Assembly (NCBI RefSeq): GCF_902652985.1
Contig: NC_047022.1
Span: 22,754,001 to 22,818,000, forward strand
Reading direction: 5' to 3'
Source of the DNA: Pecten maximus
Taxonomy: Eukaryota
DNA: 64,000 nucleotides
Position numbers and translations under genes: made by a program. Positions 13,405 through 26,494 of this stretch are shown here, piece by piece; position 1 is the first letter of the stretch, and the number at the start of each line of letters is the position of its first letter. The notes beneath the pieces were generated by a model. The model saw only the letters and a list, made by a program, of their open reading frames with translations, was not told the origin of the DNA and searched no databases.

Positions 13405-13710
13405 ATACTATAGATGTTCTAATTTTGGCGCACTTAAATTTTAGCGCATCACTAAAGGATCATTTAATTGTTTCTACAAACAATTAAAGTTTACCCAAAA
13501 TCTAAACGAATCCAAACTTCTTACTTGTAGCAATCCTGATGGAAACTCTTGGCGTGTATATATATTAGACAGATTAGTGTAATAATGAATAGGAGTACCT
13601 TTATCATTTGCTTTTAATATTGTATAAGAAAGTGTAATGAGCGCAATAACAATTAAACTTCCAGTGCGAAAACCGCGAAAATAGATTTACTGCTAAAGTG
13701 TATACGGTAA
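13405..13710. mobile_element. Degenerate MITE with TACTGTA/TACAGTA-type ends
   Basis: TACTATAG...TTTTAGCGCA...CGCGAAAATA...GCTAAA...TACGGTA; a related copy ends at ~24810-24852 (CGCGAAAATAAGGTAACCGCTAAAA...TACAGTA) in intron 1 of gene B. Confidence 0.45.
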
Positions 13711-13941
13711 TTTCCTAGATATGTTCCATATCAGTATTAACGTTTAAAACGTGCATTCAGCTCCGTAATTATTTGAAATGTGACTATTAATGCTAATGAG
13801 GATCTAATAAAAAAAACATCCTTATTTACCATTATAGAGGACTTCATATGAAAACTGATATAATATATTTCCCGACAGATAGAAAAGTGTAAATAGAATG
13901 CTCTAAAGATAGATATTGACGATCTGAGACACAGGACTTAC

Positions 13942-14054
13942 CTTAGAGTGATGAGCTGAGGGGCTGCTGCTGGGCTGTTGGTCGGCTGTGGGGATGTATG
14001 GCACAATTTGGGGAGGAACCCCAGAGTCTTATATACATTTTCTTACGGAAATCT
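13942..14054 (-). promoter_or_regulatory. Gene A core promoter and non-coding exon 1
   Basis: Minus strand AGATTTCCGT-AAGAAAA-TGTATATAAG (14054-14028), C-rich exon, donor AAG|GTAAGT at 13942/13941. Confidence 0.75.
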
Positions 14055-17000
14055 CGACACCATTCACGCAGACCGCAATCATGTAAGAACGAAACAAATA
14101 CACGGGTCACTGACGTGATACCTTTGATGAAAAGGTAATAAAGTTTTTAATTAGTCCCAACAAACATTGTATAAGACATGTACGAACAATAAAGGAAATG
14201 TCATGGAGAGGTGTTGACTATGGAAGAAGGGTTAGAGTCACTGGTAAGGTGTGTAGATGATGAGGTCACGGGCAGGGTTCCTAGGTAACTGATCGGTCGG
14301 TCACTCATAAATTACATTGATACTAACAGCTAGTAACGGGCTCTCTTTTTTTTATCCTTATAACATATGTCCTCATTTTTATTTCTAAATGTTTCTGACT
14401 CTGAAATTTTAACACATTTCTCATAAAACAAATTGAACAATAAATGTATAAAACATTTGAAAGAACATTCGTAGATTATTGATATTGTATTAATGTCTCT
14501 TTACAATGTTTCCAAAAACCGACCCTTCTCAAAACTGACCACCTCTTGATAACGACCGATTTACAGAATCGATCCTTCTTTATTATAGTAATAAAAAAAA
14601 CTTCACAATATCAATCCCTCTGGATTCCGAATACCGAACCGAATTTTGTGACCAGAATGGTTGAAATAGACCCCAAATTAATTCTGTAAACTGACCGTGA
14701 AATCAACGCTTGTGACGATTGTTTTGTCTTTGTGCAAACGCGTATAGTAGGTAAATTGGTACATAACACCTACGACAAAAGGAGCATTATGATCTAATTG
14801 TGTACTAATCAAAACGAACAAGACGAAATCATGTAAATGTCATTGGACATAGCAATGCCTTGCTGACATAATGGATTTTGAAGTCTCTCAATGCTTGCGA
14901 AGAAGATATAAGACACATATATTTAATTTGAACAAGTAAGCCGGTAAGCATGTATCGAAGCTATTAGAGAACGTTAAACAGAAGACAAACCAGCGAATAG
15001 GACGTTTTTATTGTTATTACTAACAAATAAGTGTATGCCGGATAATACATAACAACAAAACAAAATGGTACACTGATGTACAAATGTATCCATGTTTTCC
15101 TTACGACACCGAACTTCAGTTGACTGATGTGTTCAGGATGGTACTCAGCTTATGCTAGGCATCAAATATTTTATTTTCTCGGCTATAGTTGATATGTCAA
15201 AAGAGGTTAATATTGTACAGGTGTCTGGAGCGTTTTAATATGAATTTTGAGATAGGTGCAGTGTGCCGTAAATTATGTCGACAAGTTTGGCAAGTTGCAT
15301 TGTCAAAATACGGTGGTTTTATTTTGGTTGTGTTCAAATTTGGCGTTTCCATCACACCGGTGCCAATTTTTGGCAACACTGGTTCCCGTTGCATTTTATA
15401 TACTACAAAATATGATATAGAACTGCATCGTACAATTGGATTTTCCTCCTCGTCATTAGTGGCCAAACGTATAGAAGCCATTAGGGAAGTAAGGTAAACA
15501 GTGAAATTAGGGAAAGACAGGCGTAATAACTCCAGGATTCTATCAGTTTGGATTTGGGTATTGGATCTTGGCATTAACGTGTGAGTTTACATTCAGAACA
15601 TGTGTCACTATCCATACGAACTTATCGAAAGATACGTGTACGTATAATGATATCATTAAGAGACTACTAACTCATTTGTCCTAGTTACTTTGTCGTTGTA
15701 AGGACCAATATCAAAATGTCGTGTTTTCTGATAAAATTCATCAACAGCAACAGATAAAACAACAGAGAAAATAATAGAGAACATTTATTATTGCAATTGT
15801 TTTTGGACTCATGTTTCAGAGAATGTGCCCGATGATTCCGTTATTATCAGCTCAGATTGAAAACATGATATTACCTTAATTTTCACTAGATTTACATAGC
15901 GACTGCCTTTGAAGCAAATGCCGCTTACCCTTACGGAACATATAATATCACCCTCGTACTTTTTAAAGAGTTTTTTTGTTTAAATATATTTTGTACATAC
16001 TCTGCCTTCGTTTTTGAATTACGGGTTCGTTTTTGTTCTTCACATTTTGTTGTTGTTTGGTGTTGCGTCATTAAAAAATTTTTTTTGAAATAGTTGTATT
16101 TAAGATAAATTCATCTGAATAATATGTTAATCTTCTGCCTTATTAACAAACTTAAAATGCTGATAAGAAAATAATCGTCATGCATTTCAGGAGTTTCTAT
16201 ATACCGTTTTCACAATTTATTTCAGTGATAATTACTTTCAGTATTTGATTGCAATTACCTTATAGAATATAGAAAAACGTATATTTATAGTTGTTTATGA
16301 AGTTATTCTAGTAAAAAGAAAACTGGCAAACTTAATAGCTGGTCAACATAACCGAGGCCATTCAGATACCACTTTACAATGCGAATACTTTGATAATTGG
16401 ATAGTGGGGAAAATGTCATAACTACTTTTCCGGTTCAAGATGTCAAAAGGATATGCATGAAATTATACGACTTTTCGATAATTTTTTAACATAATATAAC
16501 CCTTTACATTTGGCCAAGTTAACCAGACTTAGGAAACATGTAACACGCCACTATTACTCATATTACTCGCTATGTATAATATGTTAGATGTGTCCTACAT
16601 ATCCAATACATGTCCTTCTTGGTGATAGCAAGATTGTATGGAGATGAAAGCAACACTAACACACATCACTCAGGTTTTTGTACAGTCAGCAGAAATGTAC
16701 ACGTACAGTTTTTGATATGTTCTACTTAATAATTGTAGATAAAGATATATAGACATAAAATATCTTTAATATCAGACAAACTTCTTTTTCACCAGGAATT
16801 GGGTTAAAATCCTTAGTAATATGTATATAGAAAGCTATAGATATGTATAGAGGGATATTTATTAAAAGATGTGATACAAATAAACAGATATTTTCTGATA
16901 TATCGGAATATTCAAACAAAACAGTCCATGAACAAATTAAAGTGGAACGCGTAAATAAATAACTTAAAAAAAGAAAAAAAAAAAACAACAACAACCAAAC

Positions 17001-18495
17001 AAAAACAAAAACACCTTCAAACCATGGTTGTGAAACATCTCTTACTAAACATAAGCAACCAGGTCGATGTGACAATTCGGTGATTATTAATTGTCAATAC
17101 CTTGGTGTACCTACGTGTAATTAGATCTTCAACTCAAACGTCATCCTCTGCATTTTAAAAGTATATATCTGATGTACTTGTCACTTGTCTGGTGAAGATG
17201 TTAGAATATATATGGTGCTTTGTAACTATTATATTTACTATCTTATTATTATCATTATTATCAACAAACGAAGACAAAAACAGATAAAATATACATTCTA
17301 GAAAGCCCTCGCACCGCATGTCTAGATCGTCAAAATAAAAAAGGGGTTGAAATAATAATAATCAAAAGATAACATCATTGAATGTAGGTAAACAGGACAT
17401 AAGAGTCTATAGAACAGATCGATGTCTTTCAAATAACACAATAGTGCCTTCGAATTCACGGAGCTGAAACGAGACTCGAAAGCGGTTATCACGAAACGGA
17501 ACATTATGTTAGAAAAGGTTCCACTGTCATGGACACATTCCACATGTAGCTTATGAAACATCAACACTCTGGTTGTCTCATCAATTCTCTTTAATATCTT
17601 ATTTTAAGCAGTTATTATACCAACCCAAATGTGTGTATCGTGCATCTTAAAATAATACATTGACGTTAGATTGGAAATAGTTTCTGTTACCGAAGATGAA
17701 TGACTCTCAAAATGGCAGGGAATTTAGGTTTTTCATCTGGCATCATTTATTTGCTGTTTTCCTCTATTAATGAAAAGTAATACACATGAAACATTTCAGT
17801 GTACTGTAATTATCGTCCATTCAGCAGTATACTATTTAGGCGTCATTATTAGTGGCCTGATATAAAATGTTATCTATAGTTATATTAAAGTGTAAACATA
17901 CGTTTCAAATAGCGGTATCTCTCTCACATACAAACTAAATCTCGGTTTACATTTTTGTGTGAAATTCTTAACAATCTACCTTGAATTTATAATGGCTTAA
18001 GATGTTTTTCTTTGATAATTACGTAAATACACAACCATCAACTAATTAGCACTAATCATATAGCAGTAGTTTGAAAAAAAAGACCTAACAAATACGGATA
18101 GATAGTTAGCCCAGCAGGATAAGATTCAATGTAGTTGTAAAAAGGAAGTAGAGGACACACAGGAAAGCAGACACCTTTACTTGTTTTAATGTCAAATCAA
18201 TGGAGCATGTCAGTATATCTCTATGTAAATATCTTGACTACATGTCTGAAAAAATGATTTGCCACTAACACAAACGTCATATAACGGATTTTTTTTGGTT
18301 CGGGTAAGTAGGTAAGGCATCAATCCAAACACAACTTTACGATCTAATGTTGTTGATGTATTAAATTTGTTTACAAACAGACTATATTTACCACGTTTGA
18401 TTTCGATTATGACTAATTGACTTGATATCTGGCTAACCAGATAGCTAATCGCGTCCCAAACTGTGTGTAATAAGAACACAAATGATTGGATACCA

Positions 18496-18580
18496 GTAGA
18501 CAATACTCACATAGACGTAGACAATACTCATATAGACGTAGACAATACTCATATAGATGTAGACAATACTCATATAGACG
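18496..18580. repeat. 21-bp tandem repeat x4
   Basis: GTAGACAATACTCAYATAGAY at 18496, 18517, 18538, 18559. Confidence 0.85.
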
Positions 18581-19477
18581 CCACTCCATGAATAAGATTT
18601 AATAAAAGCGCTTTATAATATAAAGTCTTAAAAAAACGGCCATTTGAAGTAGCAGCTTCGGCATAAATAAGAAGTTGATGTTAATTCTAGACACACACAT
18701 CAGTAGCCCAGTTTTCCCAGTGTTATGGAAGACTTCGTGATGTATCTTGATATCAGTATGTCGTAATGCTGCTTACTACCACCAAACCAAATAAAGAAAT
18801 ATTGTTTTGTAACACGAATCTTGTATATTTCTGTTAACATGTTATATAGGATCAGACATGAGGGACTTATTCTCCTAGTACTTTTTCAATGGTCTCCACG
18901 AAAATCTGTAAATAAATGTTTAATTTATATCTTTATTTCGTTTTATCGAATGTGGATTAGAATTATGGTTTCGCTATTATACCGACATTTCCTGACCCCC
19001 CACCCCCCTTAATTTTTTTTAAAGGAGTCCCAAATACATATAGTAATGCCTAACACAGTATGAACAGGTACGGTATGTAAGTATGTATGTATTACCTCCC
19101 TTCAATCAGATATAAGAATTGACTCTTTCTAGATAACACTCTGGGTAATATTCATGGTTGTTCCGTTTCATAACCGGTTCTCGCTTTAATAAAAGTGACA
19201 TGGAAAAAGATTTCATTCATGTTTGAATGTCGTCGGCGGAGAATGCAGAATCCACCTATCCTTCCAGAACATATCAACTTATTTTCATTTATCTTACAAT
19301 TCGCATATGTAGCTATGTTTTGTTAATATTGTGTTCTCGTTTTGTGCTGTTTGAGTTTAAGTTGTTTGTACTGCGAAGTATGTATTTTGTAATATATAAT
19401 TAATGAAGTATATTGTTAAAGGTTGATGGCCGACGTCATAATCTCATTTGGAAATATTCTATTTACTTTTCTGTCTA

Positions 19478-22400
19478 CGATATAAAGTCAGGTGCTTGTT
19501 GATATCTATTTCCTTATGCGATATGGAGTCAGATGTTTGTTTATATCTATTTCCTGATGTGATATAAAGTCAGATGTTTGTTGATATCTATTTCCTTATG
19601 CGATATAAAGTCAGATGTTTGTTGATATTCTATTTCCTTATGTGATATAAAGTTAAATACTTGTTGATATCCTATTTCCTTATGCGATATAAAGTCAGAT
19701 GCTTGTTGATATTCTATTCCTTATGTGATATAAAGTCAGATGTTTGTTGATATCCTATTTCCTTATGTGATGTTAAGTCAGATGTTTGTTGACATTCTAT
19801 TTCCTTGTAAGATATAAAGTCAGATGTTTGTTGATATTTATTTCCTTATGTGATATAAAGTCAGATGTTTGTTGATATCTATTTCCTTATGTGATATTAA
19901 GTCAGATGTTTGTTGATATCTATTTCCTTATGTGATATGAAGTTATATGCTTGTTGATATCTATTTCCTTATGTGATATGAAGTCAGATACTTGTTGATA
20001 TCTATTTCCTTATGCGATATAAAGTCAGATGTTTGTTTATATTCTATTTCCTTATGCGATATAAAGTCAGGTGCTTGTTGATATCTATTTCCTTATGTGA
20101 TATAAAGTCAGGTGCTTGTTGATATCTATTTCCTTATGTGATATAAAGTCAGATGTTTGTTGATATCTATTTCCTTATGCGATATGAAGTCAGATGTTTG
20201 TTGATATTCTATTACCTTATGTGATATAAAGTCAGATGTTTGTTGATATCTATTTCCTTATGTGATATAAAGTAAGATGTTTGTTGATATTCTATTTCCT
20301 TATGCGATATAAAGTCAGATGTTTGTTGACATTCTATTTACTTATGTGATATAAAGTCAGATGTTTGTTGACATTCTATTTCCTTATGCGATATAAAGTC
20401 AGATGTTTGTTGACATTCTATTTCCTTATGTGATATAAAGTCAGATGTTTGTTGATATCTATTTCCTTATGCGATATAAAGTCAGATGTTTGTTGACATT
20501 CTATTTCCTTATGCGATATAAAGTCAGATGTTTGTTGATATCTATTTCCTTATGCGATATAAAGTCAGGTGCTTGTTGATATCTATTTCCTTATGTGATA
20601 TAAAGTCAGATGTTTGTTGATATCTATTTCCTTATGCGATATGAAGTCAGATGTTTGTTGATATTCTATTACCTTATGCGATATGAAGTGAGATACTTGT
20701 TGATATCTATTTCCTTATGTGATATAAAGTCAGATGTTTGTTGATATCTATTTCCTTATGCGATATAAAGTCAGATGTTTGTTGACATTCTATTTCCTTA
20801 TGCGATATAAAGTCAGATGTTTGTTGATATCTATTTCCTTATGCGATATAAAGTCAGGTGCTTGTTGATATCTATTTCCTTATGTGATATAAAGTCAGAT
20901 GTTTGTTGATATCTATTTCCTTATGCGATATGAAGTCAGATGTTTGTTGATATTCTATTACCTTATGTGATATAAAGTCAGATGTTTGTTGATATCTATT
21001 TCCTTATGTGATATAAAGTAAGCTGTTTGTTGATATTCTATTTCCTTATGCGATATAAAGTCAGATGTTTGTTGACATTCTATTTACTTATGTGATATAA
21101 AGTCAGATGTTTGTTGATATCTATTTCCTTATGCGATATGAAGTCAGATGTTTGTTGATATCTATTTCCTTATGTGATATAAAGTCAGATGTTTGTTGAT
21201 ATCTATTTCCTTATGCGATATAAAGTCAGATGTTTGTTGACATTCTATTTCCTTATGCGATATAAAGTCAGATGTTTGTTGATATCTATTTCCTTATGCG
21301 ATATAAAGTCAGATGTTTGTTGATATTCTATTTCCTTATGTGATATAAAGTTAAATACTTGTTGATATCCTATTTCCTTATGCGATATAAAGTCAGATGC
21401 TTGTTGATATTCTATTTCCTTATGTGATATAAAGTCAGATGTTTGTTGATATCCTATTTCCTTATGTGATATTAAGTCAGATGTTTGTTGACATTCTATT
21501 TCCTTGTAAGATATAAAGTCAGATGTTTGTTGATATTTATTTCCTTATGTGATATAAAGTCAGATGTTTGTTGATATCTATTTCCTTATGTGATATAAAG
21601 TCAGATGTTTGTTGATATCTATTTCCTTATGTGATATTAAGTCAGATGTTTGTTGACATTCTATTTACTTATGAGATATAAAGTCAGATGCTTGTTGACA
21701 TTCTATTTCCTTATGTGATATGAAGTCAGATGTTTGTTGATATCTATTTCCTTATGCGATATAAAGTCAGATGTTTGTTGATATTCTATTTCCTTATGTG
21801 ATATAAAGTTAAATACTTGTTGATATCCTATTTCCTTATGCGATATAAAGTCAGATGCTTGTTGATATTCTATTCCTTATGTGATATAAAGTCAGATGTT
21901 TGTTGATATCCTATTTCCTTATGTGATGTTAAGTCAGATGTTTGTTGACATTCTATTTCCTTGTAAGATATAAAGTCAGATGTTTGTTGATATTTATTTC
22001 CTTATGTGATATAAAGTCAGATGTTTGTTGATATCTATTTCCTTATGTGATATTAAGTCAGATGTTTGTTGACATTCTATTTACTTATGAGATATAAAGT
22101 AAGATGTTTGTTGATATTCTATTTCCTTATGTGATATAAAGTCAGATGTTTGTTGATATTCTATTTACTTATGAGATATGAAGTAAGATGTTTGTTGATA
22201 TCTATTTACTTATGAGATATAAAGTCAGATGCTTGTTGACATTCTATTTCCTTATGTGATATGAAGTCAGATGTTTGTTGATATCTATTTCCTTGTAAGA
22301 TATAAAGTCAGATGTTTGTTGATATTCTATTTCCTTATGCGATATAAAGCCAGGTGCTTGTTGATATTCTATTTCCTTATGTGATATGAAATCATATGTT

Positions 22401-22820
22401 TGTTTATATATATTTACTTATGTGATATAAAGTCATATGTTTGTTGATATCTATTTCCTTATACGATATAAAGTCAGATGCTTGTTGATATCTATTTCCT
22501 TATGCGATATGAAGTCAGATGTTTGTTGATATCTATTTCCTTATGCGATATGAAGTCAGATGTTTGTTGATATCTATTTCCTTATGCGATATGAAGTCAG
22601 ATGTTTGTTGATATCTATTTCCTTATGTGATATAAAGTCAGATGTTTGTTGATATCTATTTCCTTATGCGATATAAAGTCAGATGTTTGTTGATATCTAT
22701 TTCATTATGTGATATAAAGTCAGATGTTTGTTGATATCTATTTACTTATGCGATATGAAGTTAAATACTTGTTTATATCTATTTCCTTATGCGATATAAA
22801 GTCAGATGTTTGTTGATATG
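19478..22820. repeat. 41/42-bp satellite array, ~80 copies
   Basis: Unit GATATAAAGTCAGATGTTTGTTGATATCTATTTCCTTATGY; begins ~240 bp downstream of the gene B polyA signal. Confidence 0.96.
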
Positions 22821-23113
22821 CCCAGTTGATCCATTGTCACTGTCAAAACTCCCATTTGAGATTGTGGTTATTACCCGAATTTGACGTAGGAGTATTTTGA
22901 AAGTTTCGTCTTCATTGAATTGAATTATGATTTCGTTATTATGTCGACATTCTTTGATCAGGGTTATTTGTTATGGTGGTAATTAAATTGGCCTTCAGCC
23001 TTGGTATTTGTAATATTTCTTATAACAAAGACAACAGTTGAATGCAATAGTCAATTTTTAATAGTAGTGTAACATATACATGTCATTTGGAGAAAGCAGA
23101 ATCAGCCGGAGAT

Positions 23114-24601
23114 TTAGTATCCTGAAACATAATGGTTGTACATGGATTAGTAATTAGAAATACTATACACATAAACGTCAGAACTATCCCTAGATATTTG
23201 AGATAAAGAAATACTAATTGTAGACAGCCCTTATCAATACATGAGGTTGAGGAAGCCCAATGTTTTATGCATTCGGTAGCTAGGTAAAGTATATCAAAAT
23301 GTAATGTTGTATTCGAAATACTTCACGATTTCTTTTAATATGATAAATACTTGAGTGATATCGAAGTCTTGCCAGCATGCAATTTTGCTACATATATCTA
23401 TTTTTAATGTGGAATGAACTTTTCAAAGATGTAGGGATAACTGCTTCTTGAATGCATGCTTAGTGAAATATGTACACGAAAATTTTAACTCTTTGTGAAA
23501 TAAGACCATATATAAAAATGACATATTTACCTTTTCCTCCAAATCCACCTTGGCCGCCCATTCCTCCGCCCATTCCTCCGCCCATTCCTCCAAAACCTCC
23601 ATTACCACCGCCCATTCCTCCGAAGCCACCTTTTCCACCGCCCATTCCTCCGAAGCCACCCTGGCCTCCCATTCCACCGCCGTTCATTCCACCGCCGTTC
23701 ATTCCTCCGCCGTTCATTCCTCCGAATCCTCCTTGGCCTCCCATTCCACCTCCCATTCCTCCGAAGCCACCTTTTCCTCCTCCCATTCCTCCGAAGCCAC
23801 CCTGGCCTCCCATTCCGCCGCCCATTCCTCCGAATCCACCCATTCCTCCGAATCCACCTTTACCCCCGCCCATTCCTCCGCCCATACCTCCGGCTCCGCC
23901 TCCGTTCATTCCTCCGCCCATACCTCCGGCTCCGCCTCCGTTCATTCCTCCTCCCATTCCAGTACCGCCCATACTTCCGGCACCGCCTCCATACCCTGTG
24001 AAATACAGATAAACAGATGTATTAATCAATAGATGTTACATATTAATTATGATACTTTTTAATGATGTGGCGTAAGTGGTATGGTCAATGCTTTACATCA
24101 GAACAGATTGATTTTTCATATTCATATTGCTTTAGCACAAGAAACATCTTTATTTGAAAACATTTACGACCAACTTTGTTTGCAAGAGTTTTTCTTGTGT
24201 TATATGTCCAACTACGTTCCCATAGCAGTGCAAATTCCTTTTCGACAAGGGATCGAGGGATATTACTAGTCAGACTCGATTACATGCCCTAGTGCCATTT
24301 CTCTCCGCTAGGCTGCGCTGATGAAGATAAATATCAGATCGCAGCCAAGCGGAAAGTAGAAACACCTCGACTGACTACCCAGTATATGTTACAAGTTTGT
24401 ACTTCCATATTGAATTCGTATATATAGAGCTTCGCGTCATACCTATGCTTAATTTAAGAAAGAAGAAAGAAACGGATTCATCACGACTGTTCAGGACATA
24501 TATGTTCAGGACAGTACAGTTTAGGACACAGATGTTTAGGACAAACCTGCAGCACTGACGGCGGCAACAAGACAAACGGCAAGACAGATGTAGGTGTTCA
24601 T
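23114..24601 (-). CDS. Gene B: canonical abductin (scallop hinge-ligament elastomer), 175 aa, 3 coding exons
   Basis: Exons 24601-24547 (MNTYICLAVCLVAAVSAA), 23995-23531 (GYGGGAGSMGGTGMGGGMN...GGFGGMGGG repeats...GGQGGFGGK), 23121-23114 (GY stop); 528 nt; ATTAAA at 23062-23057. Matches my recollection of Argopecten abductin (MNAYICLAACLIAAVSAAGYGGGAGSMGGTGG...GGQGGFGGKGY). Confidence 0.93.
24268..24377. mobile_element. Small palindromic MITE-like insert in intron 2 of gene B
   Basis: Ends TAGTCAGACTCGA / TCGACTGACTA with an internal GC-rich hairpin TCCGCT-A-GGCTGCG-CTGAT...ATCAG-AT-CGCAGCC-A-AGCGGA. Confidence 0.5.
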
Positions 24602-25392
24602 CTTGAGGATGATCTGTGGACAAATAAATCAATAAACTCAATACATTTGATGGTTTTATTCTATTTTAGCATACTTAAAGTTTAGCATAAAGCCGAATTT
24701 ATTAACAGATTAGCACAATGATGAATTACGCTCACAGTACTAGCTGTTGAAAACTATATACCGAAATATCGCAATCATAATTTATCGGGAAATGTTTTCA
24801 GCGCAAATTGCGCGAAAATAAGGTAACCGCTAAAATATGTTCACTTACAGTACTGTAAGAAGTTCAAGAAACCTAACAATTGTATCTTCCAGATAGCTAT
24901 TGTTTTTTGTAGACAGAACTATCTAGACTCTACAGTTTAAGCTTTTTGTGAAGTTTAGCACTACATGTTGCCTAGAGGCTGATTTATAATTGTTTTCCAT
25001 ACATATACTGTACTGGAATTTGAAATGGTGAATCATAAAAATGGCGACATTAAGTAAAACGTTTAACAAATTTAGTTACGTCACTTCGTTTTGCTGCATT
25101 CTATATATTGTTTAGAATAAATGTCATGTTGCTGTAGGAAATACGTGTGAAATCTTGAAGAATATACTAGCTTATGCTAAAGCTTAATATAGATACTGTA
25201 TAAATCGTCATTTCGTTCTTGATGTAACCACTATACTACTAGCATACGCCTAAATCTCATGTGTATGAACACATCAGAACAAATATGAACTTAAAAGATG
25301 ATACTAAAGAATATCAGGGTATCTGAGGAGACTAAGTTGTCATTAGCCCTTACTAAGTTATACATATAGGAACACCGAAGAAGTAAGCTTAC

Positions 25393-25500
25393 CTGGTAGA
25401 TCAGGAGAGGATATCAGCTGGTGGTTGAAGGTTCTAGGAAGCTGTGGTGATTTCTAACCTGTTAGATAGCCACTATTTATACAGTTTGTAACGGAAATCT
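25393..25500 (-). promoter_or_regulatory. Gene B core promoter and non-coding exon 1
   Basis: Minus strand AGATTTCCGT-TACAAAC-TGTATAAATAG (25500-25473); donor CAG|GTAAGC at 25393/25392. Confidence 0.78.
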
Positions 25501-26494
25501 GGTCACCACAAATATGTAAGAGAAACACATCATCGATTGATAACATAATTTACATCCTTTTAAAATCGTCGCATTTTGTTTTAACTTCTTTAATGTCGAC
25601 ATTGGAATCTGTTAAGATGTCTATATTACATGTTAACTGCACGTGTAAACACAGCACGTACCTGAGAATGTGCACTGCGCTTTGAAGATGTCGATTGCAT
25701 TGGCTTGTTTTCTGTACGTGCTAGTTTAGTGTTATCGAGGATAAACACAATGTAGGGCTGACTTTGAATTCACAGTGTTAAAGAATAAAGGAGGCACGTG
25801 TTTTGCAAATTTTAAAGTGATTATTTTTAGGTTGTTGATTTTTGTTGTTGTTGTTGTCGTAAAAGTTCAATAATACGTTCAATTTTTTGTATTATTTTAG
25901 TATTTTTCATTTCTTTACACTTATAATATACTCCAGGGACGGATAGCATTTTGTTACTATTCTCAACTTAGATCTTTTCATTGCAAGACATCATTTTGAT
26001 ATTTAAATTCAATTTATGCATGGTTATCTATTAGTTTCCAAACTATCCAAAACACTACTCTCAAATTTACTATTATGTCTAAAAGAATATTTTTTGTTTA
26101 TTAAAAACAACAAAGATTACAGACATAACAATGGAACCATAATTCGTGGATAAGGCTATATAATCAGGGGATATACTTAATTTCAAATAATTTTCGTCCG
26201 TGTGTCTTCTGCTTGGGACACATTGAAAGACAATAGTTCTCGAAAGCCTGTTAAATAATGTACATGTAGTTGAATCGGTGATATAGAATTTGTATTTATA
26301 AAAATTACCCAAGTTTCAATTCAGTTGTATTTTACGTAAAACCTATTTCTGATATAAAAAAAACTTCAGATCTATCGAATTGTTTTAATTTGGAATAACA
26401 TTTACAAGTTATTGTATAAAAGATATTTTAAAAGTATGACTCTTGTGATATAGTTGAAGAAACGTGACTCGGTATTATAATAGGTTTAGTAGGG

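Noticed and set aside
15197-15574. 125-aa ORF with CQTC motif
   Set aside because: No recognisable domain or gene structure; perhaps a DNA-transposon relic, but I cannot support this without a search
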